This document shows positions 25,790 to 55,911 of a stretch of 64,000 bases of DNA, in pieces. The DNA is from Chrysomallon squamiferum (Eukaryota > Animalia > Mollusca), in NCBI GenBank assembly GCA_012295275.1, contig CM022670.1, forward strand, positions 18,290,001-18,354,000. Direction: 5' to 3'. Every line of letters starts with the position of its first letter. Within the stretch, counting starts at the first letter, position 1. The notes under the pieces are model-generated. The model saw nothing but the letters and a program-made list of their open reading frames with translations, had not been told where the DNA came from and ran no database searches. A program made the position numbers and the translations under genes.

Positions 25790-26791
25790 TCACACACACA
25801 CACACACACACACACATACGTATTGTAATTATTTTTGTGCTTTTTTTTACACCACTATTTTCATGTAAATTTCAGAAAAGTAATGACAGTAACAAAACTA
25901 TCGTTTTTTCTTTAATTTATGTATTGAGTGTGTGTGTGTGTGTGTGTCCCTGCATGTATCTTCGTATCCTGTATTTACTTTTTATTTATTTATTTTTTAC
26001 ACATATCCTTTCTTTCCCCTCTCTTCTTATTATAAATTTATAGCAAGGCACTAAACACGGGATTTCAGTTTCTTTACATTTTAATAAATATAAAAATACG
26101 GCAATCATTTTCGCTTTACGCAACACACATAACATTTAATGACGTTTACTTTAGAAATATTTCACAATAACTTTATTTTGTTGATGCAATCACAGGAAGA
26201 AGAAGAAGAGAAAAAAAAGGTGTTAATGACGTCGCAGTGAAATGAGCATCTGATACAAAAATGAATGCGCAGTAAATACAATGGTGATTTTGATGAGTGT
26301 TGGTTAATCAAGGCTACCTGTGGCGCTACATGTGAGGTCTCGATCTTCCTGGTAGGTCTATGTTGCCTCCGAAACATCTCAACGTTTAATCAGTCGTGGA
26401 GAAAGAGAGAGGGAGAGACTGTCGATTCATTGAAAGTCTCATCTAAACGCCTATGATTAATTCAAGATACTAAATACACCTCTATCAGAGCTGGGATAGG
26501 ACAAAAAAAAAAAAAAAAAAAAAAGATATATATTGATGTCAGTGTTTTTACATTTTTGTTTAGTTTGGGGTTAGTTTGAACTGACTGACTTATTATAGCT
26601 AATTTTAAGGATTGTCATGTTTATTGTTTATACGCGTTATTTATTTACTGATTTTTATTTATTATATATCTATTTTTGTTTGTTTTGTTGGGGGTTTTGG
26701 GGTTTTTTTTTAACTGTTTGTAGATATTAATGTATTAATGTTGATACTAATGTGGATTTTACTGGCAGTACGTAGATTATTTACTGTATTC

Positions 26792-27065
26792 CAGTCATGG
26801 GCAAACTGCGGCCCGCCCGGCTTTCTGAGTGGCCCGCCTAATTTCACAAGGAAAGTAACGTTAATTCAAATTTTATAAAAAAAAATGTGTCTATTTTGTA
26901 TCTACTAATAAACTAAAACACAGATAATTTTTTTATTATAACAGTTCCTGAAGTAAGTGAAAATTAAAAATTTCTTAAAATAAACTCTACGTAAAAACAC
27001 AAAATCGCCTGAGGATGAGCCATGTCTGATGTGGCCCGCTTCTCGAAAAAGGTTGCCCATGCCTG
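26792..27065. mobile_element. hAT-Charlie-type MITE
   Basis: TIRs CAGTCATGGGCAAACT / AGGTTGCCCATGCCTG, subterminal GGCCCGC motifs, and an 8-bp target duplication CTGTATTC / CTGTAGTC (7/8 match). Confidence 0.88.
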
Positions 27066-28599
27066 CTGTAGTCACTGAAACACTGGTTTTGTTTTAATGT
27101 CGTTGGAATGGTTCGGTATCAGTAAACTGTATGGGTATCAAACATTAACGTACAGCCAGTAAACGTCACTGTTGTGTAATATATGAATATCAAACGATTT
27201 TATATATTTTTTCTTTTTGAAAGTGACGATGACAGTGGCTATTCTTAATTCTTTATTGTTACCGCAGTAAAAATAGAAGAAGTAGTAGGAGGAGGACGAG
27301 TAGATATTGATGTTGTGTGTTATATTTGTTGCTGTTGTACTTGATTGTCTTGTTTTTGTTATTTTATTTACTGTTTTGTTTCATAATCAAGACATGAAAA
27401 CTATCCAGATTTCCTTTTCTTTTTTCTTTTTTTTAAAATCATAAATCAAAACTACACTGCTAAACCGATATCTCGTGATGGAAAAACACTTAAGAACTAA
27501 AAACAGGATGCGTGTACGTAAAAGATGTGTTTATAAAAATACTGACGGATTAAAAATAAATTCAAAACACATACACACAGTACCGTCTAAAGGCAAGGGA
27601 ACTCTGGATCTAGGGGCCCATGCAATCGATGTATGCTGTGGTAAGCTGTCAATATATTTGTCGTGGTTGTATATATATAAAGACCGAGAATGTTGTTTTG
27701 CATGAGGCCTCATAATCTTATTATATGGTCCTGCATACACATAAACATACATACAAACATACATACATATTATAAATACCCATTCGTTCGTTCACTTAAA
27801 AAAAAAAAAAAATGAAGTTAATTTTTCTATTGACGTCAACGAAAAAACACTAAAACGCAATTGTCGTCTAAGCCGACCCTGATCGACTGGAGAGATATAA
27901 GAACAATTTGAAATATTATGTTATTACGAAAAGCTCTTCTTCTTTACGTCTGTCGACACAATGCGGACAGTTACTGCTTCCAGCCGTCCCAAACCACAAT
28001 CAGCAGACGCCATCCGCCAACAGCGCCGCCATGATTCTCATATAAACATTTTGATTGGCTGACGTTCGGCGCCATGTCATCGCTCCATGTATTACACGCT
28101 AACAGTGGCTGGCCGGATTAGGTGGGTGGTCCAGTTATTTTACCTTTTACTATCATTAGCATAAATCAGTCAAAACGTACAGTCAATACGAACGTGTCAT
28201 GTTATGTATGTTGAACCGAGCGACATTTTTCGTAACTGAGTGTCGACCTGGTCTGTACTTTTAATAGCCCATTACAGCTTTTCCACCACAAATAAGACCT
28301 TAATTAAGAAATTAAAGACCCACAGGTTTCATTCCATGGGCGGAGGCTGATTAAAATAAAAGATGTCGGTGTGGAGAGACAACGGAATGAAAGAAAATGT
28401 ATACTACATTAACAGGCATTGAAAAAGATTGTTTTATGCGTAAACTCATTAATGCTAATTCTGAATAATTTTATATTTTTATTTTTAATTTTTTTTTTTA
28501 TTCAGATGCTTTATATATTGACAGTAACGTTTATAAGAAGATACATTTACTGAAATTATCAATAGACAGAAAGCATCTAAAACGGTAAAAGTTTATACT

Positions 28600-28700
<101 letters not shown>

Positions 28701-28983
28701 GACACAAAGAAAATATTAACACAGTGATATTGATCCTGTCACGGCTGATTGTGCGAAGACCTGGAACACTTTAACTGAGAGAAAACAAATATATTGATTG
28801 TCGTTATTAAAACTTGTTATACTCCGGATTTTTACACACTGTCCAATATAATAGTGAAGACAACAAAATATGCTTTGTTAAATGAATTGGTTCAGCATGC
28901 ATGAAGATATCCAACGCCTTGGGAAACAAGCAGTTGTCTTTGTATAGTCTAAATTATTGGGATTGATCGGTAGGACCAGTTTG

Positions 28984-29063
28984 CAATACCATATTTAAAA
29001 TTTATGAAATTGATCGAGAACGAACCTCTCATACATTGACTGCTTTATTCAAATATGGTATTG
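28984..29063. repeat. 80-bp element bounded by a perfect 13-bp inverted repeat
   Basis: CAATACCATATTT (28984-28996) / AAATATGGTATTG (29051-29063). Confidence 0.7.
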
Positions 29064-29262
29064 ACGATTTTCCATTTCGGTTCAAACATTGATTAATGGA
29101 TGCAGAAAAATAGTAACGCGCCTTTAACCATTTTAATCATCTATTCCGCGCAATATTTATTAACAGTCATTTGGCCTTGAAGAACAGTATAAACCACAAT
29201 AATTTCTGATTTAAAGAGCGATTTCTCGTTTTATCCATAACGACGTGGACTGCTGAACAATC

Positions 29263-30498
29263 ATGGCTACATTTTCTTTAGCTGTTGTCTGCCTTCTGCT
29301 TGGCCAAATTGCCGTAGCTCAATGCCAGCTTAGTTCTTTCGTACAAAAAGTATACACTGACATCGTGGACAAACATAATCCGAGAATTAGACCGGTGGTC
29401 AACCAGACAAAACAGTCGACTGTTTTTTTGACCTTTTTCCTCCTGTCCATCAACGGCTATATAGAGACGTCACAAACGCTGAAGACGTCGGGCTACCTGC
29501 AGCTGGTTTGGATTGATGAGATCCTAAGATGGGACCCGAAGAATTTTGGTGGAGTTACCCAGATCAAACCCGACCCAGACAATATCTGGAAGCCTGACAT
29601 TACCATCAAGAACGCAGTAAACCACAATGAAATATTTTCTCCCGATTTTAGCTTGAACCTCTTCAGCAACGGGATGATCGTGTGGTATCCAGGAGATGAC
29701 TTTGACACTTACTGCAACATGGATGTGACGTTATTTCCCTTTGATACTCAGAAGTGTAGTATAGAGTTCTTCATTGGATCTGAACCATTGACTAATCTGG
29801 ACTTGCGGCCGCAGATTGAGAACATATCTCTTACGGCATTTCAACTAAGCAACGAATGGGACGTCGTCAACACCAGTGCCATTCGTGAAATACGCACACT
29901 GTCTCGCCATCAGTTTTCATTTGTGATCGTTACCATGACAATTCAGAGAAAGCCGTCCAATTTGATTCTCAGCGTTTTACTTCCAGTTATGATTGTGGCT
30001 TTCCTCAACATATTTGTGTTTCTGGTTTCTGCTGAATCGAGCGAGAAACTGTCGTTTGCAGTCACAGGTCTCCTTACTTACACCGTGCTTCTCAGTTTTG
30101 TTACGCGGACCTTGCCGAAAACAACCGATACAATGTCCATCCTCGCCGTCTTTGTTGGAGTGATGACCGGCATGAACGCAGTATTCATTTTGCTAACAAT
30201 TATTTCTCTTAGAATTTTTTACCGTGATTCCGAGAATCAGCCTCTGCCGGCTTGGGCCATTCGTTTTGTTCTAAGTTTCGGATGTAATATGGGCTCCAAC
30301 GACAAAAACAATACCAGTGCTAAAAGGATTCATCCGATGATCGAGAAGCCATTTCCACCGAAGGGAGATAACTCTGCGGACAAAACTAGACTAATTTCGT
30401 GGAGAGACGTGAGCAGAACGTTTGATAAAATCTGCTTCAATATTTTCATGGTCTCTCTGGTTAGCGCGACATTTGCGGTGTTTATGTTGTATATGTAA
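29263..30498 (+). CDS. Intronless divergent nicotinic acetylcholine receptor-like (Cys-loop ligand-gated ion channel) subunit, non-alpha type, 411 aa
   Basis: Single ORF with signal peptide, HNPRIRPV, LVWIDEILRWDP, IWKPDI, Cys-loop CNMDVTLFPFDTQKC, SNEWDV, four TM helices, SEKLS before M2, LPKT in the M2-M3 loop and WRDVSRTFDKICF before M4. No vicinal cysteines in loop C. Confidence 0.95.
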   Translation: MATFSLAVVCLLLGQIAVAQCQLSSFVQKVYTDIVDKHNPRIRPVVNQTKQSTVFLTFFLLSINGYIETSQTLKTSGYLQLVWIDEILRWDPKNFGGVTQIKPDPDNIWKPDITIKNAVNHNEIFSPDFSLNLFSNGMIVWYPGDDFDTYCNMDVTLFPFDTQKCSIEFFIGSEPLTNLDLRPQIENISLTAFQLSNEWDVVNTSAIREIRTLSRHQFSFVIVTMTIQRKPSNLILSVLLPVMIVAFLNIFVFLVSAESSEKLSFAVTGLLTYTVLLSFVTRTLPKTTDTMSILAVFVGVMTGMNAVFILLTIISLRIFYRDSENQPLPAWAIRFVLSFGCNMGSNDKNNTSAKRIHPMIEKPFPPKGDNSADKTRLISWRDVSRTFDKICFNIFMVSLVSATFAVFMLYM

Positions 30499-31247
30499 TT
30501 TCTGTAGTACAGATTTTCCTTTCTTGATCTTGCTTTTCCTTATTTTTGATTCGTTTCCTCTGGTCCCTTTTCTTCTATTTTTTCTTCTTATTCTTCTCCT
30601 CTTTCTTCTCCTCCTTCTTCTTTCTTTTCTTTTTCTTCTGTCATAACACACTATGTAAAAGAAACAAATTTATTTAACTCGGTGAATGATGTAGGACATT
30701 TTATTATTTGTTTTTCTGAAACCAGTTTCTATGATAACCTAACACCAATCTACTTTTTATGAACCTCATTTTACGTAAGAAGGCTAGATTATAGGCTGCA
30801 ATTAAGATTAATGTGAAAATACAGAGATGTTTTTGATCATGTTGTTATTATTGACGCTAGATAACAATAAGTATCAAAGAATCCAATAGTGAATGGGATA
30901 TTATTTCATCAGTTTGAATAGGTTTGTATATATTATTTTTAACATGTTATTCGCACTTCATTCAACGTTATTATTTTATTGAGATAAAGACATATCTGTG
31001 AACGATAAATATTTCGATCTATTAATTATGTCTGTTTTATTATACCCTGTGCACTTTTTTCAATATGTATGTTGGGTATAATATAATATGATAGATTAAA
31101 TTCTCAATAAAATAAAAATCTTTACGTTTTACATTGTATTTGTCTTAAGCATTATCCAATGAGAAAAGACAAAATGGTTCGAACTGTTGCAATGTTAATT
31201 CTTTTGTATGAGCAGACATATATATATCCTAACTATTGTTCTCACTG

Positions 31248-31373
<126 letters not shown>

Positions 31374-32024
31374 AATGTGCGTGTCTGTATGTATGTACAA
31401 GATATACATTCTCCCTTTCTCTCTCTCAAATTGTATTCAAAACCCTCGGCTTTTTCCGACATGTGTTTTTTCTATTCCAGTCACGGAAACTATTAAGAAT
31501 TATGATGGTCTTCTAAAATGGGTTAATATTTTACGGTAACATTACCGTTCCGGCGTGTCGTCGCCAGATGACTCTCCGCCGCCACACATGACGTTTATCG
31601 CGTCGTTGATGTTGTTCTATTTAGAATACTAAGTGCTTTACGAATGTGAGACAATGTTACCGAAGGGGCGTATATATTTTTATATTATTCTATGGCGCCC
31701 GCTGAAATGGTAAAATTAACTCGTATTGTAAAGAAAATATTTTCTGTAAACAATCACCTTTTTCTCATTGCACCGGCTGGTGAACCTTTTCTGAATAGCA
31801 AGTTCCGATACAAACACGAACCAAATGTTTTAAGATTTGTATATGTTTAAACTCCCACCCCGCACAGACAAATAAAAACACTTGCGTTTGTATTTGTTAT
31901 TAAGTCTGGTTTTAACTTTGTTATAATATGCTTGGCAGTAATATACAGTTGTTTGTTTGTTTGTTTGTTGAAGCTTCTGTTTTTTTGTGGTGATTTCTTG
32001 CTTGTTTGTAGTAATTTGAAGTAG

Positions 32025-32071
<47 letters not shown>

Positions 32072-32080
<9 letters not shown>

Positions 32081-32117
32081 CCTAAGATCAGTGTCTGAGA
32101 TATTAACATTCATTCAT
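32072..32117 (+). repeat. Dispersed repeat copy 2 (identical to 22331-22376)
   Basis: 46/46 identity with copy 1. Both copies follow a trinucleotide microsatellite. Confidence 0.8.
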
Positions 32118-32887
32118 TATTTTAGTGTCAGTTGTTCTGGAGATATGGGCTGTTGCGTTTCTTCTAATCAAGATGTTTAAAATCACGTCTCAGACACCTG
32201 CTTAGAACACGTTCGTTGTAGATTTTTATGGTGTGGTCAGGACATGTTTGCTTTAACATTTACTGGATTTAAATACTGACTAAAAGTTGACTGACTGACT
32301 GACTGGTTGAACGTCATTCTTTTTATGCCTGAATTTCATTTCATTTCTTTTTTTTCTTATCTACGTAACATATTAAAAATTAAAAATGTATAATTTTATT
32401 GTGGTTACATATATGTAAATAAAACTATGTCATTTATTCTAATTTAATTATACTTGTATATGATGAGAATATAATAATAAATAATAATTACTGTATGACG
32501 TGCACATGTGTGGATTTTCCGATTTTCTAAAGAACAAATATATTAATGGTAAAACAGTTAAAACTGATAAAAATTCTGCATATTCAAAACTGACTATCCC
32601 GTTTTAATAAGTCATCTAATTCTTTAAAAGTGATACACAGCGCTTACACACGACAAAGATGAAAGGACGTTATCATTAATAAAATCGTGTTCTATTCGTT
32701 TTCATAAAACAGTATTTCATACAAAATACACACCAAGGCACAACCTTCTGTACCCAGCGACTTCGAAATCACCGTAAATGTCACTAGCCTGGATTCCATT
32801 AACAGTGGTAATAAATGTTTGTAAGGTATAGATTTACGTTATGATAACAAAACACTGGAAATTTATCTCCATCTATTATAGACACTG

Positions 32888-32918
<31 letters not shown>

Positions 32919-33364
32919 GAAACCTAAATTATTACACCATTAATGATTTAATTGGAGAAATATGTGATATGATTTCGAAGTAGGCTGACAGTTTCCTGGT
33001 TTACGATTTCGCCAGTTAATTTACGTACTGAATGTTTAGCTGACATTTGACTACAAAATTTAATGGATGTTTTGGTGGTCTAAACTTTGAAAATCAGTAA
33101 GGAGAGAACATAATGGAGAAAGAGTAAAATTCTGTTTTATTAAAATTAAATTTCAAATTAGAGGTATTATAAAGTGCAAATATAATAGAAAAACTTCAAA
33201 AGCTTTATATATATATATTTAAGAAATAAAAAGAAGAAAAAAGTGGTTTTCTACGCAGAAATTTGGGTATTTCTAAATTTAATCATCGTCAATAATACTA
33301 ATGTAAATTAAATAAACATAAATATTATTAAGTCGAAATTAAAGAAAAAAGGAAAACTATTCAG

Positions 33365-33445
<81 letters not shown>

Positions 33446-33758
33446 ATACACACCCTGTCTTTTTGTGCTGCTTACTGTAATACAGTTGATAATTTTTACT
33501 AGTAAACTACACCCTTTTATAAATTACACACAAAATACATCTCACATAAAACTATTCAAACAAATGGTAACATTAATTTTTATTTTTCAAAAATACTATT
33601 TTGGAACTACAAAAAAAAAAATAATAATAATAATAATAACACGATTACATTTATATACATATCATGAGTAAACGCTAATAAAACATTATACATAAATAAA
33701 CAACAACAATTATATTTCATAATAAACTTAGATCCCAGTCTATTTATTTTGTTATTTA

Positions 33759-33790
<32 letters not shown>

Positions 33791-35842
33791 TTTTTTTTTT
33801 CATATCTTTATTACCAAACAAAATATTTTTAGAATGAACTATCAGTACTGAAATGTTCAAATCAAGTGTGACAGCTATTTAAAATGTGCTATTTCTGGGC
33901 TGTTTTTCTCAGAAGAAAGTTATTAAGGTAAGTAAATAAAATTAAATTTGATTTAAACTAATTACAAGTCAATTAGCTTTTTTATATTCAGTTTTAAACT
34001 CAAATGAAAAAGTTATATTTCTTTCTACTTCTGAATTCAGATTAAAATTATAATGATAATTATAGTAATAGTAATACTACTAGTAATAATACATTCAAAT
34101 TTTTTTTTTTTTTTAATTATTAATACACTGTAACATGACATCTTAATTTCGTTATGAGCTTATGTCTAAAATCATAGGCAGTGCCTGCAAGCTTTCAATC
34201 TTATTTCAACCCAGAAATTAATAATGCTTGTTAACTGTGATTGTAACTAATGTACTAATGTACATAGATAATGAAATATGTCTATGACGTCATTTTAAAT
34301 TTAGTTTCTTTAAAATATTAAGCACCAGTTTATGTTAAGCAACGACTTCAATGTTTACCTTCTGACGTAACACTCTGCGCAGTTTATAGGCTTAACATAT
34401 ATCATAACTGTTATACGTTACTACAGGAATATGACGTCATAATATGTCCATAAACTTAGTCTTCTATTAATATAATGTAAAATAATTAATATTCACAATA
34501 CAACTAATCAGTTTTTAAAGTAGTTTTTACAACCTTTCTCAGCAGCAGAGAATGCTTCTCTATGTTTTGGGTCTGAAAACATTGTTTACTAGATATTATA
34601 AAAGTAATAACTAACTACCTTAAAATAGTTTAAGGTCGTCGCCTTTGTTGTTTGTTTGCAATACTTGTTACTAATACATAGATTACTGCGCGCAATAGCA
34701 AAACAACACAAATATTTAAATAACTGTACAAAATTTCTCGGATGCTGTCGAGAATTTTCGACAGAGCTCGGTGTAGGGTAGTGATCAGTAATAATACTAA
34801 TAATAACAATAGTGATATTAAAGGATTAAGGGCATTTTAATTTTTAAGTTTTTAGATTTTGTGTTTATTCATTTGTTTATTTTATTTGATAATTTTTTTT
34901 TTATTATTATTATTATTATTCTTCTTCTTATTCTTATTATTATTATTTTAAAAAAAAAAAAAAGTTTTTTGTAGTTTTTAAATTAATAATTTTGAGTTTA
35001 CTATTATTTATGCTTCATTTATGTTCAATATTTTGTCGATCACTGACGAACTTAACCGAACTCATAGGAAAAATACCGAGCGCTTTTGAATGATACGCTG
35101 CACATGTTCCTCCGACATTATGTTACGAATCCTTGAAACATTAGTCACTTGAAAGCAAAAACAAATAAAACACACAGATCAGTAAGCGTGCACCAAAAAC
35201 AACAATAACAACACAGTCTTAGAGAACGTTTCGAATCTGTCACTGTCAAATGCAGAAGTGAAAGTAAAAGTGAAATCTTACAGGTGTTTCCACAAAACAG
35301 TTTTAATTATGATACGTCGGTCTCATTCATTTTGATTTATATGTTTAACACTTGTAATTATAAATATCAATTTTGAATTTTGTTTTTTCTGAACTTTTTG
35401 TCTTTTTCAAACATATCACAACCTGTTCAAATTCCATAAAACATTATCGTCTGATCAAACAAAAAAAAAAAAAAAAAAAGAAACTAGAATATATAAAAGA
35501 AAGAAATGTTATGTTTTTCTTCCAGAAACGGAACTCTGTGCGCATGCGCAAAAAATTCAAATGAAATATTTCCGTCTGATTCGACATTAAACACACATAT
35601 TGTTGTCACAAGAATTTTACTCACGTTTTATGGCTAAATTGAAAATCTATACTGGATTTTATTTTTTTTTTTTTTTTTTTTTCAATTTTTGATTTCGTTC
35701 GATCTCTTTCTCTCTCACTAACTCTCTTTCTGTTGTGAAGGACATTTCGCCGCAGTCATTCACACTGAGGAAGGTAGCCATGTTTAATCGTAAATATATT
35801 GGATAAACTGTGACTCTTGGATTATAAGTGTAAGCGAAGTCA

Positions 35843-53001
<17,159 letters not shown>

Positions 53002-54277
53002 CTTGTCCTGTTGTCTTGTTTTACGAAAACAGTGTAAAATTAAAATACTCCACAGTTCACACTCACAAATGTCAAAGTATTTGACTTCAAGGAATCATCA
53101 TTGTCATGATCATTACGTTTGTCGTGGATGAACTTAGAAATGAATCATTGTATTTTTCAAAAGTCACAAATCTTTTGGGTATATGATATTTTGAAAGTGT
53201 TTTTTATCTTTCTTTTTTTTTCCTCTGTTTTCGTTGTTCCAAATTAACTTTGAATAGCTTCAGTGTCCTCTTCTGTATTTAATTTATCCATACATTTTGA
53301 TATATAAATAAATATTTTTTATATAAATATATTTATATATATTATATGTATATAATAATTTTTTTTACTATTAATCCTTTGTTAATTCTCCTGCGCCTGT
53401 ATGAAGATTTCTGATCGCCAGTAGGAGATGTATTAAGCTACACGATCTTCAATCTCTGCTAGTATGCAAATATTTACGACATATATATTTGTGGACCTCA
53501 CACGACGTCACTGTTGAAAAACACACAGGCTGTCCAAAAACATTAACAGACTTTCAACCCTTGCCAATGTTTGGTTCCGAACTTTTTGCTGAAGGCCTTT
53601 TAGCATACAGGCGAAATTATAGTTTCTTTATTTTGTTATTGTTTTTTTTTTTTTTTTTTTAAATGACCACAATACTTATTAACACAGAAATTGAAAGCTA
53701 TCAGTGGTAAACAGTTCAACTAACAGTCCCACAAGATTGATGAATACTTATCTGTTATTAACCGCTGGGAAGTCGGGTTTTGTTAAATAGAATTCAAGAT
53801 TTATATAGACGGTTTAATATATATGTATATCGTGTGCAGTTTTCCTTATATGCTGTAACGCATTTTCTAAGAAGTGGAGTGAGGTGAAGAAGAAGGAGGA
53901 GAAGAGAAAAAAAAAAGAAGGTAAAGTTAACAGGTAGACACATATCGCGATTGGTTGGTCATTTCTGGTATGCGATATGCTCTGGAACGCATAGGACCAC
54001 CCAAGCTGATTGTGCGCCGTGGAGGCGAGAGAAACGGACTTGGCGAAACCCTTGCGATGAGACTACACCTGAAATATCGCAAATGTAGGACTAGTTGACT
54101 TCATTCTGTTTCAATCAGCAATTTACACACTTGTTTTCTTATCTGCGAGACCACAAAAGAAGCCCATGACACGAGCAGGCGTGTCATGTTCCCTCTTATA
54201 AAACCTCACAACCTCCGGCATCGGGGTAATTGTCGTGTCGCCTTTTATCGCCCATACTCACCCCCCTCTATCGTCCA

Positions 54278-54460
54278 CAGACGCGGATCCAGCGGGGTTA
54301 TTTACGGTTTCTCGCCCCCTTTAAGTTTTGCGGACATATAATTTGTTTTTCTTTATTTCTTTATTGTTATTTTATTTTTATAATATATTAATGAAACTCA
54401 TTTTATCTTGAAATTTGTATCTATCGCACTTACATCGCATCTTTTCTGGATTCGCCCCTG
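54278..54460. mobile_element. Degenerate hAT-like MITE (CAGGGGCGGATCCAG-type termini)
   Basis: CAGACGCGGATCCAG ... CTGGATTCGCCCCTG is a 12/15 inverted match. No clear target-site duplication. Confidence 0.5.
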
Positions 54461-54639
54461 GTCACCTCTCTCAGATCCTCCGCCCGCCGTTATTCTATAT
54501 GCCTTTCAACCGCAACACCAATTAGCTCGCTAATAAAGTTGTATTTATCGCAGAATGCTACTCCCTTCCCATTATTTTCCCCTAGCGATAGAAAGAAGTA
54601 AGACGACTAGGGAGGGGATAATGCGAAGATGAAGAAAAA

Positions 54640-54800
54640 AAAAGTTCATACGGTTAAGGCTATTAGTGATATAGACCATATTCCAATAACGTCTTAATTC
54701 GGCTATTTATCTACCGCGGGATATCTTCGCAAAGATTTCTGTCAATGTTTTTCCCTGCCACCTGGCTGTTGGTGAAAGACTCGCGAACAATGTATATCAT
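54640..54800 (+). repeat. Dispersed ~170-bp repeat, copy 2
   Basis: Same conserved blocks as 51225-51400, in the same order and orientation. Confidence 0.8.
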
Positions 54801-55239
54801 CCTGCCTTCCTATAATCTGTCTAAACACTCGGAAACTCGCCTGAGGCAGCCAGCCACCTTCTGTGGCTTCTGTCGCGGAAATTACAACAGACACATTCAC
54901 TTTTCATCTTCTTTCTCTTCAGTTTCCCCTCGTTTTCCCCTCTCGTTTCAGTTTTTTTTCTTCTTTTTCTTTTTCACTGTTACTGTAGTCCCACTGGAAA
55001 GAGAAAATGCTTGAGTAATTAGAACATTTTGTGGTCAAATGTTAAAGTGCCAGGACCCGATTAAAGCTGTGGCTGAACCTTAGAAAGTTTTTATTATCAA
55101 ATAAACGCGATTTGTGGTTATTGTTTTTTGTGAGAATTACGGACCACCGTGAAGGGACGGATAATAATAGAAATAATAATCCTTTCTTATCTGGTTTAGA
55201 CAGTAGTCTGTTCATTTTGCTGACCAAGATTTTATAATA

Positions 55240-55303
55240 ACAATAGTAGTAGTTGTAGAAGGTGTAGTAGTAGTAGTAGTAGTAGTAGTAGGAGTAGGAG
55301 TAG

Positions 55304-55346
<43 letters not shown>

Positions 55347-55350
55347 TGTA
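55240..55350. repeat. (AGT)n degenerate microsatellite
   Basis: Directly visible. A similar degenerate tract lies at ~51570-51860. Confidence 0.9.
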
Positions 55351-55872
55351 GTAATATTAATAATAACAGCAACATAAATAATAATGATGATGACAATGAA
55401 TGCGATAACGAAGTTAGTGAAAATATCGATGATAAGAAATATGATGATGATGACCGTGATGATAATGTGGGGTTAATATGTAAACAAATCATCTCAAAAT
55501 AAAATAATAGACATATTCGAAGATGTATAAATGATGGATTGTGATGTGCAGGTAGACAATGTACAGAGAGATACTTAATTATGTATCTATATAGAGAGAA
55601 AGATGAGAGAAACAAATAGTCGTTTAGGTGAAGAGTTTTTTTTGTTGTTTTTTTAAATGTATCTTACTTTATTCATTTGTTTGTTTGTTTATTTGTTGTT
55701 GTTTTTTTTAATGTATCTTTATTTATTTGTTTGTTTGTTTATTTATTATTATAAACAGTCTCTGTTAATCTGTTATAATTTAAAAATATATAAACAAATA
55801 AAAATTAAAAACCTAATACATTTATACTTCACTGATTTCGTTCAGTTTTTCTTCTTCTTCTTTTTATATGAA

Positions 55873-55911
<39 letters not shown>

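Noticed and set aside
29493-30651. Antisense ORFs overlapping the channel gene and its 3' end
   Set aside because: One is a shadow ORF of the coding strand and the other a pyrimidine-rich low-complexity UTR tract.
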